From Candidatus Fiminaster equi (GTDB lineage: Bacteria; Bacillota_I; Bacilli_A; RFN20; CAG-826): a stretch of 64,000 bases of DNA. The DNA lies in NCBI GenBank assembly GCA_018064745.1, contig JAGHUR010000011.1, positions 6,137 through 70,136 of the forward strand, given 5' to 3'. The translations under genes and the position numbers were made by a program. A model generated the notes under the pieces. It was not told where the DNA came from. It saw nothing but the letters and a program-made list of their open reading frames with translations, and ran no database searches. Shown piece by piece: positions 1 to 8,445 of the stretch (position 1 is the first letter of the stretch; every line of letters begins with the position of its first letter).

Positions 1-304
1 CAAAGTTTTCAAATGTAACAATTGCATCTGCAAGTTCCATTAAGTATTCTGGAGCACCAGAAATTTCCAACTCTTTTGAATTGATTAGTTCATTTGTAAT
101 TGTTTGTGGATCAATAACATCACCACGATTATATAAACGATAAATTGCACCGAAAATTGCACGGTGATCTGCATTCTCTTCAAAGAAATCATCTTCATCA
201 AGTTTAGCAACAGCTTCTGAAACTTTGCTTGAGGAGCGAATCATTGCACCTAAAACAGCTTTTTCAGCTTCAGTGTTATGTGGTAATTGTTTTTCTTTTG
301 CCAT
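1..304 (-). CDS. dnaB: replicative DNA helicase DnaB, N-terminal ~101 codons only (gene runs off the window at position 1)
   Basis: ATG at 304 is preceded by AGGAGG. Translation MAKEKQLPHNTEAEKAVLGAMIRSS... matches the DnaB N-terminal domain signature (LPHNxEAExAVLG). Order gdpP-rplI-dnaB matches Bacillus. Absent from the ORF track because it is open-ended. Confidence 0.85.
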   Translation of the reverse strand, partial: MAKEKQLPHNTEAEKAVLGAMIRSSSKVSEAVAKLDEDDFFEENADHRAIFGAIYRLYNRGDVIDPQTITNELINSKELEISGAPEYLMELADAIVTFENF

Positions 305-315
305 CTTCTCTCCTC

Positions 316-765
316 CTATTTTTTCTCGTTAACATGAACTGTAACAGTTCCGATAATTCCCTTGTATAATTCAATTTTTAATTTGCTGTAACCGAAATGA
401 TCAACAGCCATTTTTTCAACGAATTTCCTTTTATCAATTTCAATGCCGTGTTTGGCTTTGAGTTCTTCTTCAATTTGTTTGGTTGAGATGGTTCCAAACA
501 TTCTTCCATCACCGCTTCCTTTAGCTTCAAATTCGACAGTGATTTTTTCTAATTTAGCCGCGATTTCACGGGCATTTTGCTTCATTTTCTCAATATTTTC
601 GGCTTCAGCTTTCTTTTGTTCACCAAGAATTTCTAGAGCCTTATCGGATTGCATAATCGCAAGTCCGTGAGGAATTAAATAGTTGGATGCGTAACCATCT
701 TTTACGTTAACAATTTCTGACTTTTTGCCAACGCCTTTTACATCTTTAAGCATAATAACTTTCAT
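316..765 (-). CDS. rplI: 50S ribosomal protein L9
   Basis: 149 aa. [36 protein letters not shown] is the canonical L9 N-terminus. Sits between gdpP and dnaB. Confidence 0.95.
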   Translation of the reverse strand: MKVIMLKDVKGVGKKSEIVNVKDGYASNYLIPHGLAIMQSDKALEILGEQKKAEAENIEKMKQNAREIAAKLEKITVEFEAKGSGDGRMFGTISTKQIEEELKAKHGIEIDKRKFVEKMAVDHFGYSKLKIELYKGIIGTVTVHVNEKK

Positions 766-776
766 GGCTTTTCCTC

Positions 777-2783
777 CTAAATAATTCTGGCATCATTGAG
801 GTAGTCGGTTAAGACATTGAGAAGTCTAGTTTCAACTTGCACAAGTGTCATCTTCTTGAATGTACAAGCTGCTTGAGTGAAGTGACCACCACCATTGAGC
901 TTTTCTGCAAGTAATTGAACATTGATTGTTCCATCACTACGGCAAGAAATACGTGTTTCATCAACACCAGTTCTACCAATAACGAAACAAGCATTAACGC
1001 CTTTCATTTGCATACATTGGTTCGCAACCTTAGCAAGCGTAGCTTGTTCAATAATGTCATCTTCATCAGCCATACAATAAACAACACCATAGTGTGGAGT
1101 TCGTGTGGTTGAAATAATTCTTGTGATAAGAGCGAATTCTTCGAATTCATCTTTTAAGAAATCATCAGCTTTTGCGTTATCAGCACCATATTCTTTAAGA
1201 GCCATTGATGCTTCAAATGTACGAGTACCAACTGTAGTTGCCTTATAGAAGTTGGAGTCCATAAAGATACCAGAAAGCATAATTGTTGCATATTCTGATG
1301 GAATCATAATTCTTGGGTTTGCAGATGAATAGCTAACAAGTTCTGCAACCATTTCAGATGCAGAAGAAGCGGATGAGTCAATATGAGAGAAGACCGGGGT
1401 TTCAATAAAGTCTTCACCACGTCTATGGTGATCGATAATCATAATCTTATTAGCTTTTTCAATTACCTTTGGTGCAACTGTCATATTTGCTTTATGAACG
1501 TCACAAACAACAACTAAGGTGTTGGTTTTTAGTTTATCTAAAGCTTGAGCTTGAGTAACAAAAATCTTTTCCATCTCTTCTTTAGAGAAGCTTGAAATAA
1601 TTGCACCTTTAGTTTTTCTTTCGGTGCTCTTTGGTTCATAAATAACTTGTGCTGGTTTGTGACAATAGTCACACATTGCTTTAACACCCAAACATGCGCC
1701 TAACGAGTCCATATCGGTCATTGCGTGACCCATAATGATAATGTTCGATGAATTACGAATAAGTGATAGGACTGAGTCAGCCATAACACGAACTTTAACT
1801 TTGTTACGGTTTTCTTGAGCTTCTGATTTACCGCCAAAGAAGACTAAGTCTTGTCCGTATTGAGAAACAACAACTTGGTCACCACCACGAGACATAGCAA
1901 TTTCGATAGCGGCACTTGCCATATCATTAAGTTTGACTACGTCAGGGAAATCATAAGCAATACCAATTGATAAGGTTGGTGGAATTTCTTCGTTTTCTGA
2001 AATAGTGTGAATCTTATCAAGAAGTGAAAACTTATCAGCAATCATCTTCTCTAAAGATTCGTGGTTACAAAGTAAGAAGTATGCATCACTTCTAACTCTT
2101 CTAAGAAGAACTTGGTTATCTCTTCCATAGTCAAGAATGATGTTTCTTACTTTTGAGACAATATCAGAGTTTTCGTCCGCAGATCCTGAAATATCCGCAT
2201 AGTTATCTATAATAATTTGCCCACAAACTGTAGCTTGACGTTTTGAGAATGCTGAAACTGTTTCGTAGTCTGTTACATCTCTAAAGATGTATAAGCCAGC
2301 ATCTTTAAGTAATTTAACTTCGTAGTTACGGGAGTTAATATTAAGTTTCACTAAAGTGTTAATGCCACCATCAATAAGTTCTTGTAAAGATGGTTGCCAC
2401 TCTAAAATATTTTCGTCTAAAATTTCGATTTTTCTTTCATTAAACAAATCGTTAACCCAAATAACAGTGTTAGTTTCATTTACAACCGCAAGACCAATCA
2501 TACCAAAGTTGTATGCTTCTTGAATGTCGCTTCCGATTAAATCTGCAGCCCTTAAGTCACTTTGTTGTCTAATCTTTGAGAATCTGAAAATAAGAGCCCA
2601 ACAGAAGACAATATCAAAGATAACAACGGCACCTAATATTGAAAATATTATTTCGGAAGAAAATATCTCTTTAAAATTGAAGAAATTAAGTCCATAAGAG
2701 ATGCCTAAAAAGGCAATACCTGCCATCTCTATAAAGACTACAATAAATGCGAATATTTTCGTTTTGAATAACTTTGTTTTCAT
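777..2783 (-). CDS. gdpP: GdpP-type cyclic-di-AMP phosphodiesterase (2 TM + PAS-like + degenerate GGDEF + DHH/DHHA1)
   Basis: 668 aa with two N-terminal TM helices. DHH motifs ([22 protein letters not shown]) and DHHA1 GGGH near the C-terminus. Conserved position upstream of rplI-dnaB. Confidence 0.85.
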   Translation of the reverse strand: MKTKLFKTKIFAFIVVFIEMAGIAFLGISYGLNFFNFKEIFSSEIIFSILGAVVIFDIVFCWALIFRFSKIRQQSDLRAADLIGSDIQEAYNFGMIGLAVVNETNTVIWVNDLFNERKIEILDENILEWQPSLQELIDGGINTLVKLNINSRNYEVKLLKDAGLYIFRDVTDYETVSAFSKRQATVCGQIIIDNYADISGSADENSDIVSKVRNIILDYGRDNQVLLRRVRSDAYFLLCNHESLEKMIADKFSLLDKIHTISENEEIPPTLSIGIAYDFPDVVKLNDMASAAIEIAMSRGGDQVVVSQYGQDLVFFGGKSEAQENRNKVKVRVMADSVLSLIRNSSNIIIMGHAMTDMDSLGACLGVKAMCDYCHKPAQVIYEPKSTERKTKGAIISSFSKEEMEKIFVTQAQALDKLKTNTLVVVCDVHKANMTVAPKVIEKANKIMIIDHHRRGEDFIETPVFSHIDSSASSASEMVAELVSYSSANPRIMIPSEYATIMLSGIFMDSNFYKATTVGTRTFEASMALKEYGADNAKADDFLKDEFEEFALITRIISTTRTPHYGVVYCMADEDDIIEQATLAKVANQCMQMKGVNACFVIGRTGVDETRISCRSDGTINVQLLAEKLNGGGHFTQAACTFKKMTLVQVETRLLNVLTDYLNDARII

Positions 2784-2933
2784 AATGTGCCTTATATTAT
2801 ATCAAACTTAGTGGTCAAAAAGTTATAAAAAATAAACTTTTTAATTAATAAGTATGAGTCTATATGTATTTTTAACTTTATTCTTTAGGATTTTATGGAT
2901 AAAATGTAGACACCTTGAAAGGAAAAACAAAAT

Positions 2934-3752
2934 ATGAAAGTTAGAAGTTTATTATTTGTTGGTTTAGCAGGCGTAGCTTTATCAAGCTGTGGTGGCTTAA
3001 AAAGTTATAAAACTGAAGTAAAAATGAAAACATTTATTGAGGAATTAGAAAGATTAGAAGGAAAATCTCCTCTTATTTCTGAAAATCCATATTCATTTGT
3101 TTTTGAAAGTTCTCAAGAAGAAGGATATAAAATCATCAACATGCAAAACAATAAGGAACTCAGCAAAGCTGAAGAAAAAGAAAAGTCAGAATATAAAGTT
3201 AAATTTGACTCAGTAAATTGCGTTATGGCTTATGAAGCAGAGTCAACTTCTTCTTACAAAGATCCTTCAAAAGAAGAAAAAGATGAATATTCATATGACC
3301 GCGTCTACCAAAAAGATAATAAAAATTGGTATCACATCGACAAGAACGCTGACACTTATGTAAAAGAAGAAAGTTCTGATTCAGAAAAATATGTTGGAAG
3401 TGTTGCAATGTCACAAGCTTATAGCTTAATCAACGCTTTTGAAAGCCACGTTATGCAAATTGGAGATGAAGGAAAATACTACATTGATGATAATGTTTAC
3501 ACTGTTGTTTTAGATTCAACTGACGAAAACACATCAAGAACAAAACACATCAAAACCATTTGCCAACTTACAGTAAATGACGACAGCTATGAATACTATT
3601 GTTCAGACACTACTGAAATTACTGAATTACATCGCAAAGACATCGATACAGATGTAATCAAAGGCAAACTTACAAAGAAATCAGTTATATTAGATCCAAT
3701 TGATCTTCATAGCTACTTAGAAGTTAAAGATCTTGACTTCCCAGCATTCTAA
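2934..3752 (+). CDS. hypothetical surface lipoprotein
   Basis: Signal peptide plus lipobox (LAGVALSSC-GG). The mature part is acidic and Lys-rich, with no recognisable domain. Confidence 0.65.
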   Translation: MKVRSLLFVGLAGVALSSCGGLKSYKTEVKMKTFIEELERLEGKSPLISENPYSFVFESSQEEGYKIINMQNNKELSKAEEKEKSEYKVKFDSVNCVMAYEAESTSSYKDPSKEEKDEYSYDRVYQKDNKNWYHIDKNADTYVKEESSDSEKYVGSVAMSQAYSLINAFESHVMQIGDEGKYYIDDNVYTVVLDSTDENTSRTKHIKTICQLTVNDDSYEYYCSDTTEITELHRKDIDTDVIKGKLTKKSVILDPIDLHSYLEVKDLDFPAF

Positions 3753-3757
3753 AAATA

Positions 3758-3781
3758 AAGCCTCTCAAACGAGAGGTTTTT
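3758..3781 (+). terminator. intrinsic terminator of the lipoprotein gene
   Basis: cctctc-aaac-gagagg hairpin followed by a T-run. Confidence 0.6.
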
Positions 3782-3786
3782 ATGTA

Positions 3787-3816
3787 TAAAAAAAGCACTC
3801 ATAATGAGTGCTTTTA
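3787..3816 (-). terminator. intrinsic terminator of the rpsF-ssb-rpsR operon
   Basis: agcactca-taa-tgagtgct 8-bp hairpin flanked by an A-run and a T-run, just downstream of the rpsR stop. Confidence 0.65.
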
Positions 3817-3828
3817 ATTTGATTTAAA

Positions 3829-4056
3829 TTAGTCTTGAACGTATGGTAATAAAGCCATGAAACGTGCATTCTTAATTGCTCTTGCAACTTCTCTTTGGTG
3901 CTTTGCACAAGTACCAGTGGAATGGCGTGATGCGATTTTACCATTTGGAGTAATGTACTTACTTAATGTTTCGACATCTTTATAATCAATGTATGCAACT
4001 TTGTTTTTGCAGAAGTTGCAGACCTTTTTGTGTGGTCTAACTTTTTTGAATCCCAT
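3829..4056 (-). CDS. rpsR: 30S ribosomal protein S18
   Basis: 75 aa. ...[22 protein letters not shown] is canonical S18. rpsF-ssb-rpsR operon order. Confidence 0.95.
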   Translation of the reverse strand: MGFKKVRPHKKVCNFCKNKVAYIDYKDVETLSKYITPNGKIASRHSTGTCAKHQREVARAIKNARFMALLPYVQD

Positions 4057-4076
4057 TTTGATTTTTCCTTTCTAAA

Positions 4077-4511
4077 TTAGAACGGAAGATCATCGTCAGT
4101 GACATCGATTGAGTCTAAATTCTTTGATTCCTCAACTGGTACAGCTGGTTCATCATCAAAGATGATTTCTTCATTTGGAATTTCTCTTGAACCTTTTGGT
4201 TCTAAGAACTCAACGTGATTGGCGATAACTTCAATGACTGAAGCTTTTGTTCCGTCTTTTCTTAAATAGGTGCGTTGACGAATACGTCCATCAACACCTA
4301 CAAGTGCTCCTTTTCTTAAGAATTTTGCAACATTGTCAGCTTGTTTATCCCAAACGGTAACACCAATAAATGTTGTTGTTTTTTCGCCGTTGGCATCTTT
4401 CATTGTATCATCAACTGCAATAGTAAATGATGCAACTGCTGTGTCTCCTGTTGTTCTTCTTAATTCAGGATCTCTGGTAAGTCTACCAGTTAAAACGATT
4501 CGATTTAACAT
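4077..4511 (-). CDS. ssb: single-stranded DNA-binding protein
   Basis: MLNRIVLTGRLTRDPELR OB-fold N-terminus and acidic C-terminal tip DDDLPF. Confidence 0.95.
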   Translation of the reverse strand: MLNRIVLTGRLTRDPELRRTTGDTAVASFTIAVDDTMKDANGEKTTTFIGVTVWDKQADNVAKFLRKGALVGVDGRIRQRTYLRKDGTKASVIEVIANHVEFLEPKGSREIPNEEIIFDDEPAVPVEESKNLDSIDVTDDDLPF

Positions 4512-4530
4512 AAATGTTAATCCCCCTTAA

Positions 4531-4818
4531 TTAGTCATTATCGACAGTAAATAAGTGACGTACAACATTTTGATCAATTTTTGCTAAACGAGAGAATTCG
4601 TTTAAAGCAGCTTCGTCAGCAGTGAGTTTAAGAACTACATAATAGCCTTTTGTTTGCTTATTGATTGGATAAGCAAAATCTCTTAAACCCCATTCTTTAA
4701 CATCGCCGAGCTTTGCTCCGTTAGATGTAAGAATTCCGTGAAGTTTTTCGATTTCAGCCTTCCTTGCAGCTTCATCGAGTCCGTCTTTCACGATGTACAT
4801 GAGTTCGTACTTTTTCAT
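4531..4818 (-). CDS. rpsF: 30S ribosomal protein S6
   Basis: MKKYELMYIV... is canonical S6. First gene of the rpsF-ssb-rpsR operon. Confidence 0.95.
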   Translation of the reverse strand: MKKYELMYIVKDGLDEAARKAEIEKLHGILTSNGAKLGDVKEWGLRDFAYPINKQTKGYYVVLKLTADEAALNEFSRLAKIDQNVVRHLFTVDND

Positions 4819-4845
4819 ATTCTTTTACCTCCCTTTGGTCTTCTG

Positions 4846-4864
4846 GCTGACATCTTCTGTCAGC
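4846..4864 (-). promoter_or_regulatory. rpsF 5' leader hairpin (possible S6:S18 autoregulatory element)
   Basis: Perfect 7-bp stem gctgaca/tgtcagc with a 5-nt loop, between the promoter-like element and the SD (aagggagg). Position resembles the r-protein leader described upstream of rpsF in Firmicutes. Its identity with that family is not verified. Confidence 0.35.
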
Positions 4865-4890
4865 AGAGAGAAACGCTTTCGCGTAGGTAT

Positions 4891-4919
4891 ATTATACACA
4901 AGACGTTTGCGTGTGTATA
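4891..4919 (-). promoter_or_regulatory. rpsF operon promoter-like element (TGTGTATAAT -10 region)
   Basis: Minus-strand tgtgtataat at 4891-4900, with a weak -35 (tataca) 17 nt upstream. It forms an 8-bp inverted repeat with tgtgtata at 4912-4919. Confidence 0.5.
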
Positions 4920-5036
4920 CAAAAATATGTTGGTTAGTAAATTATTGGAATTTTTTACATATATTAAAAATACCTGGGTAATACGTTAAATATGTTGTTT
5001 ATATATTATTAATATATGTAACGTATATCCCCCCTA

Positions 5037-5065
5037 TTGTAAGCTATTAAACAGTATGATAAATT
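5037..5065 (+). promoter_or_regulatory. promoter-like element for the orphan unit in the lysS-rpsF gap
   Basis: TTGTAA, a 17-nt spacer, then TAAATT preceded by TGa (extended -10). Confidence 0.45.
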
Positions 5066-5114
5066 ATGTTCGCCAATTTAAGAGATTGGATAGTTTAGAA
5101 GGAGGAACAAGCCC

Positions 5115-5237
5115 ATGACTAAATGTGTGGGAATTCACAGGCATTTAGTCGGAAAGGGGGTTTCCACTAATGGAGGCACTCCTGGTGCTATTTCTTGTTT
5201 TAGTAATGGTCAAGTTGCTTTTCAAGGAATAGCCTGA
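5115..5237 (+). other. candidate 40-codon small ORF, or core of a ~220-nt structured sRNA (unassigned)
   Basis: AGGAGG at 5100-5105 lies 9 nt before the ATG. ORF reads MTKCVGIHRHLVGKGVSTNGGTPGAISCFSNGQVAFQGIA*. The region is visibly more GC-rich than the surrounding spacer and holds serial hairpins (5117-5150, 5151-5165). It ends at a strong terminator. Too short to appear in the ORF track. Confidence 0.3.
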
Positions 5238-5252
5238 CTTGCTTGTGAATCC
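5226..5252 (+). repeat. 27-nt direct repeat, copy 1 (GGAATAGCCTGACTTGCTTGTGAATCC)
   Basis: 22/27 identical to copy 2, which lies exactly 70 nt downstream. The two copies bracket the terminator hairpin. Confidence 0.7.
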
Positions 5253-5264
5253 CAATAAACGAAG

Positions 5265-5295
5265 AAAAGAGACCGGCGGCAACCGGTCTCTTTTT
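5265..5295. terminator. bidirectional intrinsic terminator (lysS on the minus strand, orphan unit on the plus strand)
   Basis: gagaccgg-cggcaa-ccggtctc 8-bp GC-rich stem, with an A-run upstream and TTTTT downstream. Confidence 0.8.
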
Positions 5296-5322
5296 AGAAT
5301 TGCTTGACTTGCTTGTAATTCC
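5296..5322 (+). repeat. 27-nt direct repeat, copy 2 (AGAATTGCTTGACTTGCTTGTAATTCC)
   Basis: See copy 1. Its ends, GAATT...AATTC, are self-complementary. Confidence 0.7.
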
Positions 5323-5361
5323 TACTTATATGATACACTACTGAAATAAAATTTCAATATG

Positions 5362-6852
5362 TTATTTGCCTGAATCCTTCATGCATGGGAAGAGAAGAAC
5401 TTCTCTGATGGATGTTTGATTAGTCATAAGCATGACGAATCTATCGATTCCGATACCGATACCGCCTGTTGGAGGCATACCGTATTCAAGAGCTTCAAGG
5501 AAGTCTTCATCCATTTCAGACGCTTCTTCATCACCTGCAGCTTTAGCTTCAAGTTGTTTTACCAAACGTTCTTTTTGGTCTAGTGGATCATTAAGTTCGC
5601 TATAAGCGTTTCCATATTCCATTCCACCAATAAAGAGTTCAAATCTATCTGTGAACATTGGGTTGTCTTTGCACTTTTTGGTGAGCGGTGAAACTTCAAT
5701 TGGGTATTCATGGACGAATGTTGGTGTTTGAAGTAAATCATCACATTTTTCTTCAAAGAATGCATTGAGAATGTAGCCAACACTGTTCCAGTGTTTTTCA
5801 AGTTTGATGCCGTTATCTTTTGCAAGTTTAACAGCTTCTTCCATAGTAGTAACTTTGTTAAAGTCGATTCCTGTAGCTTCCAAAACACATTCTTTCATTG
5901 TCTTCCAACCAAATGGTTTTCCAAGATCTAATGTACCTTCACCATAAGGAATTGTGGTTGTGCCGTGAATCTTCATAGCGACTTCTTTGAAGAGGTTTTC
6001 TGCAAAGTGTCTCATATCTTGAAGATCACCATAAGCTTGATAAAGTTCAATTGTTGTGAATTCTGGATTGTGTTTTGTGTCCATTCCTTCGTTACGGAAT
6101 AAACGACCAATTTCATAAACTTTTTCCATACCACCAACGATACATTTCTTTAAAGAAATTTCGGTAGCAATACGAAGATAAAAATCCTTATCTAATGTAT
6201 TGTGATGAGTAACGAATGGTCTTGCTGCAGCACCGCCTAAAATTGGAGAAAGAATACTTGTCTCAACTTCGGTAAATCCAAGGCTATCACAGTAGTCTTG
6301 AATTGCACGAATAATTTTTGGTCTTGCTAAGGCAATTTTCATTGAATCATCATTCATAATTAGGTCAACATAACGGTGACGATATCTTTCTTCAACGTCA
6401 GTTAAACCATGGAATTTTTCAGGTAATGGACGAAGTGATTTTGTGAGGTGTGTGAATTTAGAAACTTTGATGGTCATTTCTCCTGTTTGAGAGAACATAA
6501 TGTGACCTTCAACACCACAAATATCGCCAATATCTGAAAGTTTAAATACTGAGTAATTTTCTTCACCTAAATAATCGATGCCTAACCAGCATTGAATGTT
6601 GCCAGTAACATCTTTGATGTTCATAAAGGCTGCTTTACCCATTTTACGTAAAGCCATAATACGTCCAGCAACTTTAACTTCTACTGGATTTGCTTGTAAT
6701 TCTTCGTTTGTTTTTCCGGCGCATTTTTCGCGAACTTCTTTGATTGAACTTGAGCGTTCAAATTTTTGTCCAAATGGTTCTACACCGAACTCTTCGTAAC
6801 GTGGAAGTTTGTCTCTTCTTGCACGTTCTTGATCTGTTAATTTACGTTCCAT
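5362..6852 (-). CDS. lysS: lysyl-tRNA synthetase (class II)
   Basis: Class II motifs are present (FRNEG, ...GGIGIGIDRFVMLM). I prefer the start at MERKLTDQE (ATG at 6852, preceded by gaggt) over the track's longer ORF starting at 6897. Confidence 0.95.
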   Translation of the reverse strand: MERKLTDQERARRDKLPRYEEFGVEPFGQKFERSSSIKEVREKCAGKTNEELQANPVEVKVAGRIMALRKMGKAAFMNIKDVTGNIQCWLGIDYLGEENYSVFKLSDIGDICGVEGHIMFSQTGEMTIKVSKFTHLTKSLRPLPEKFHGLTDVEERYRHRYVDLIMNDDSMKIALARPKIIRAIQDYCDSLGFTEVETSILSPILGGAAARPFVTHHNTLDKDFYLRIATEISLKKCIVGGMEKVYEIGRLFRNEGMDTKHNPEFTTIELYQAYGDLQDMRHFAENLFKEVAMKIHGTTTIPYGEGTLDLGKPFGWKTMKECVLEATGIDFNKVTTMEEAVKLAKDNGIKLEKHWNSVGYILNAFFEEKCDDLLQTPTFVHEYPIEVSPLTKKCKDNPMFTDRFELFIGGMEYGNAYSELNDPLDQKERLVKQLEAKAAGDEEASEMDEDFLEALEYGMPPTGGIGIGIDRFVMLMTNQTSIREVLLFPCMKDSGK

Positions 6853-7055
6853 TGTTAAAAACCTCGCTAATGAGTATAACAAAAACTTATATTGCAAGCA
6901 ATTAAGTTATTGCTAATCGCACTTTTTTGGTTTTTCAAAAACAAGAAAGTTGCTGAAAATTATATCGAGTTTTGGTTATCAATAAATCCTGATTTTATTA
7001 TATAATTTTCACTTTTATGTTGTGCTAACGCGTCACGTGATTTAAAATTTAGCGT

Positions 7056-8444
7056 ATGAAACCTGTAAAAATAGCGTTCATTTCGATTGTTGGAGCACTT
7101 TGCATAACACCGCTTGTGACTTTCACAATTTTTGGTTCGAAAGAAAAAGAGATGAATAGTGAATCAGTAGTGGTTAGAGAAAAATTAACTGCTGAAACCT
7201 GGTTTAATTCGAAGTTTCAAGCATCTTTTGAAGAATGGTGGTCAACTCACTTTCCAGGTAGAACTGGTCTAGTTAGTGCATACAATTCATTGCATTATCA
7301 AATCGAAAGCTCATCGGTTTTAGCAGCAATTGTTGATTTCTTAAGTGGCAACCTTTTTAGCAACAACGTCGACAGAACAAAAGAGTACCCGGAATACTAT
7401 TTTGCTGAAGACAACATTTTTGCCGAAATGAACAAAGTTGTTGCACAGCAAAATTTATCAATTCAGCCGAGTTTTCACGGGAATAATGGCATAATTGTGG
7501 GTAAAAGTGGGTACCTTTACTCTAAAGAATATGTTGACGAATATTACGGTTATTCTCCATCAAATGCAGTAGATGTAGCAGGAATTAATAAGACAATTGA
7601 TGAGATAAAATACATCCAAACAGAACTCAAAAAGATGGGAACCGAAGTTATTTTTGTTATTAGTCCGAACAAGGCTGCAGAAATGGCGGAGTTTGTTCCA
7701 GAATATTACAAAAATGCAAATACCCCATTAGAAAATTACAAACGTCACGTTGAATATTTAAAGGAAGGATTCGTAACTAATGGCGTCAATTTTATTGATA
7801 GCTCACAAGTCTTTAAAGATGTCGGGCTTTTAAACATCTTCCCAAAAACCGGAATTCACTGGAATTATGTTGCAGCATCCGAAGTTGTCTCATTTCTTCT
7901 AAAGAAGTATGAAGTTATTTCAAACACAGAATCTAGACAATTGACAGTGAAATGGGTTAATCAATCTAAGAACCCATACAACATCGGCAATGCCGAACAA
8001 GACATTTATGACATTCTTTATGGATCAATTCCTGAACACAAAAAAGACAGTATTGTGGATGATTATTATTACACGCCGGTATTAGAAACAACCAAAAAAG
8101 ACAAACCAAAACTTAAAGTTTTGATGCAAGGAGACTCTTTCTTAAATCCGTTCAGGGATTGTTTAGCTGATCATGAGATTGCAGATTTAACTTACATGTA
8201 TTACTACGGTGGTAGTTTATTTGAACAACACCCTGAACAAGATGTTTGGAAAAATGGTCCTGGAGCTTGGGAATCTTTGTTACAAAATAGGGATCTTCTA
8301 ATACTAGAAGCTAATGAACAACTTATTAGAAGCAAACACTATGAAGGTTCAAACTGGCTTGAATCTAGAGATCAGGATAAATATTGTCATAACTCAGTAT
8401 ATGACTCATTATATGCTTATTTGAAAGGCAAGGAAGGAAAGTAA
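7056..8444 (+). CDS. AlgJ/AlgX/DltD-like extracytoplasmic O-acyltransferase partner (N-terminal TM anchor)
   Basis: 462 aa with a single N-terminal TM helix. Has a GIHW motif (DHHW/AlgJ-like, with the Asp replaced by Gly) and a GDSF SGNH-type block. Sits immediately upstream of, and tightly coupled to, the MBOAT gene. Confidence 0.6.
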   Translation: MKPVKIAFISIVGALCITPLVTFTIFGSKEKEMNSESVVVREKLTAETWFNSKFQASFEEWWSTHFPGRTGLVSAYNSLHYQIESSSVLAAIVDFLSGNLFSNNVDRTKEYPEYYFAEDNIFAEMNKVVAQQNLSIQPSFHGNNGIIVGKSGYLYSKEYVDEYYGYSPSNAVDVAGINKTIDEIKYIQTELKKMGTEVIFVISPNKAAEMAEFVPEYYKNANTPLENYKRHVEYLKEGFVTNGVNFIDSSQVFKDVGLLNIFPKTGIHWNYVAASEVVSFLLKKYEVISNTESRQLTVKWVNQSKNPYNIGNAEQDIYDILYGSIPEHKKDSIVDDYYYTPVLETTKKDKPKLKVLMQGDSFLNPFRDCLADHEIADLTYMYYYGGSLFEQHPEQDVWKNGPGAWESLLQNRDLLILEANEQLIRSKHYEGSNWLESRDQDKYCHNSVYDSLYAYLKGKEGK

Positions 8445-8445
8445 A

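Noticed and set aside
443-670. Track ORFs lying antisense to or nested in well-supported genes. Examples: 443-670+, 915-1112+, 3223-3414-, 4333-4530+, 5580-5888-, 6596-6799+, 9101-9337+, 9525-9752-, 10368-10622+, 11565-11768+, the seven inside ppdK, those inside gyrB, gyrA, the ATPase, the speA-aguA fusion, and others.
   Set aside because: Each is fully contained in a longer ORF with clear family motifs on the other strand or frame. They have low-complexity or Ser/Leu/Phe-rich shadow-frame composition and no SD or start context.
4738-4989. Plus-strand ORFs 4738-4989 and 4793-4981, spanning the rpsF start and its leader.
   Set aside because: They overlap rpsF antisense and run through its promoter and leader. 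They have no SD and an implausible composition.
5226-5322. Possibility that the 27-nt repeats form a CRISPR array or IS termini.
   Set aside because: There are only two imperfect copies in direct orientation. No cas genes or transposase are present, and the intervening 43 nt is a terminator hairpin, not a spacer.
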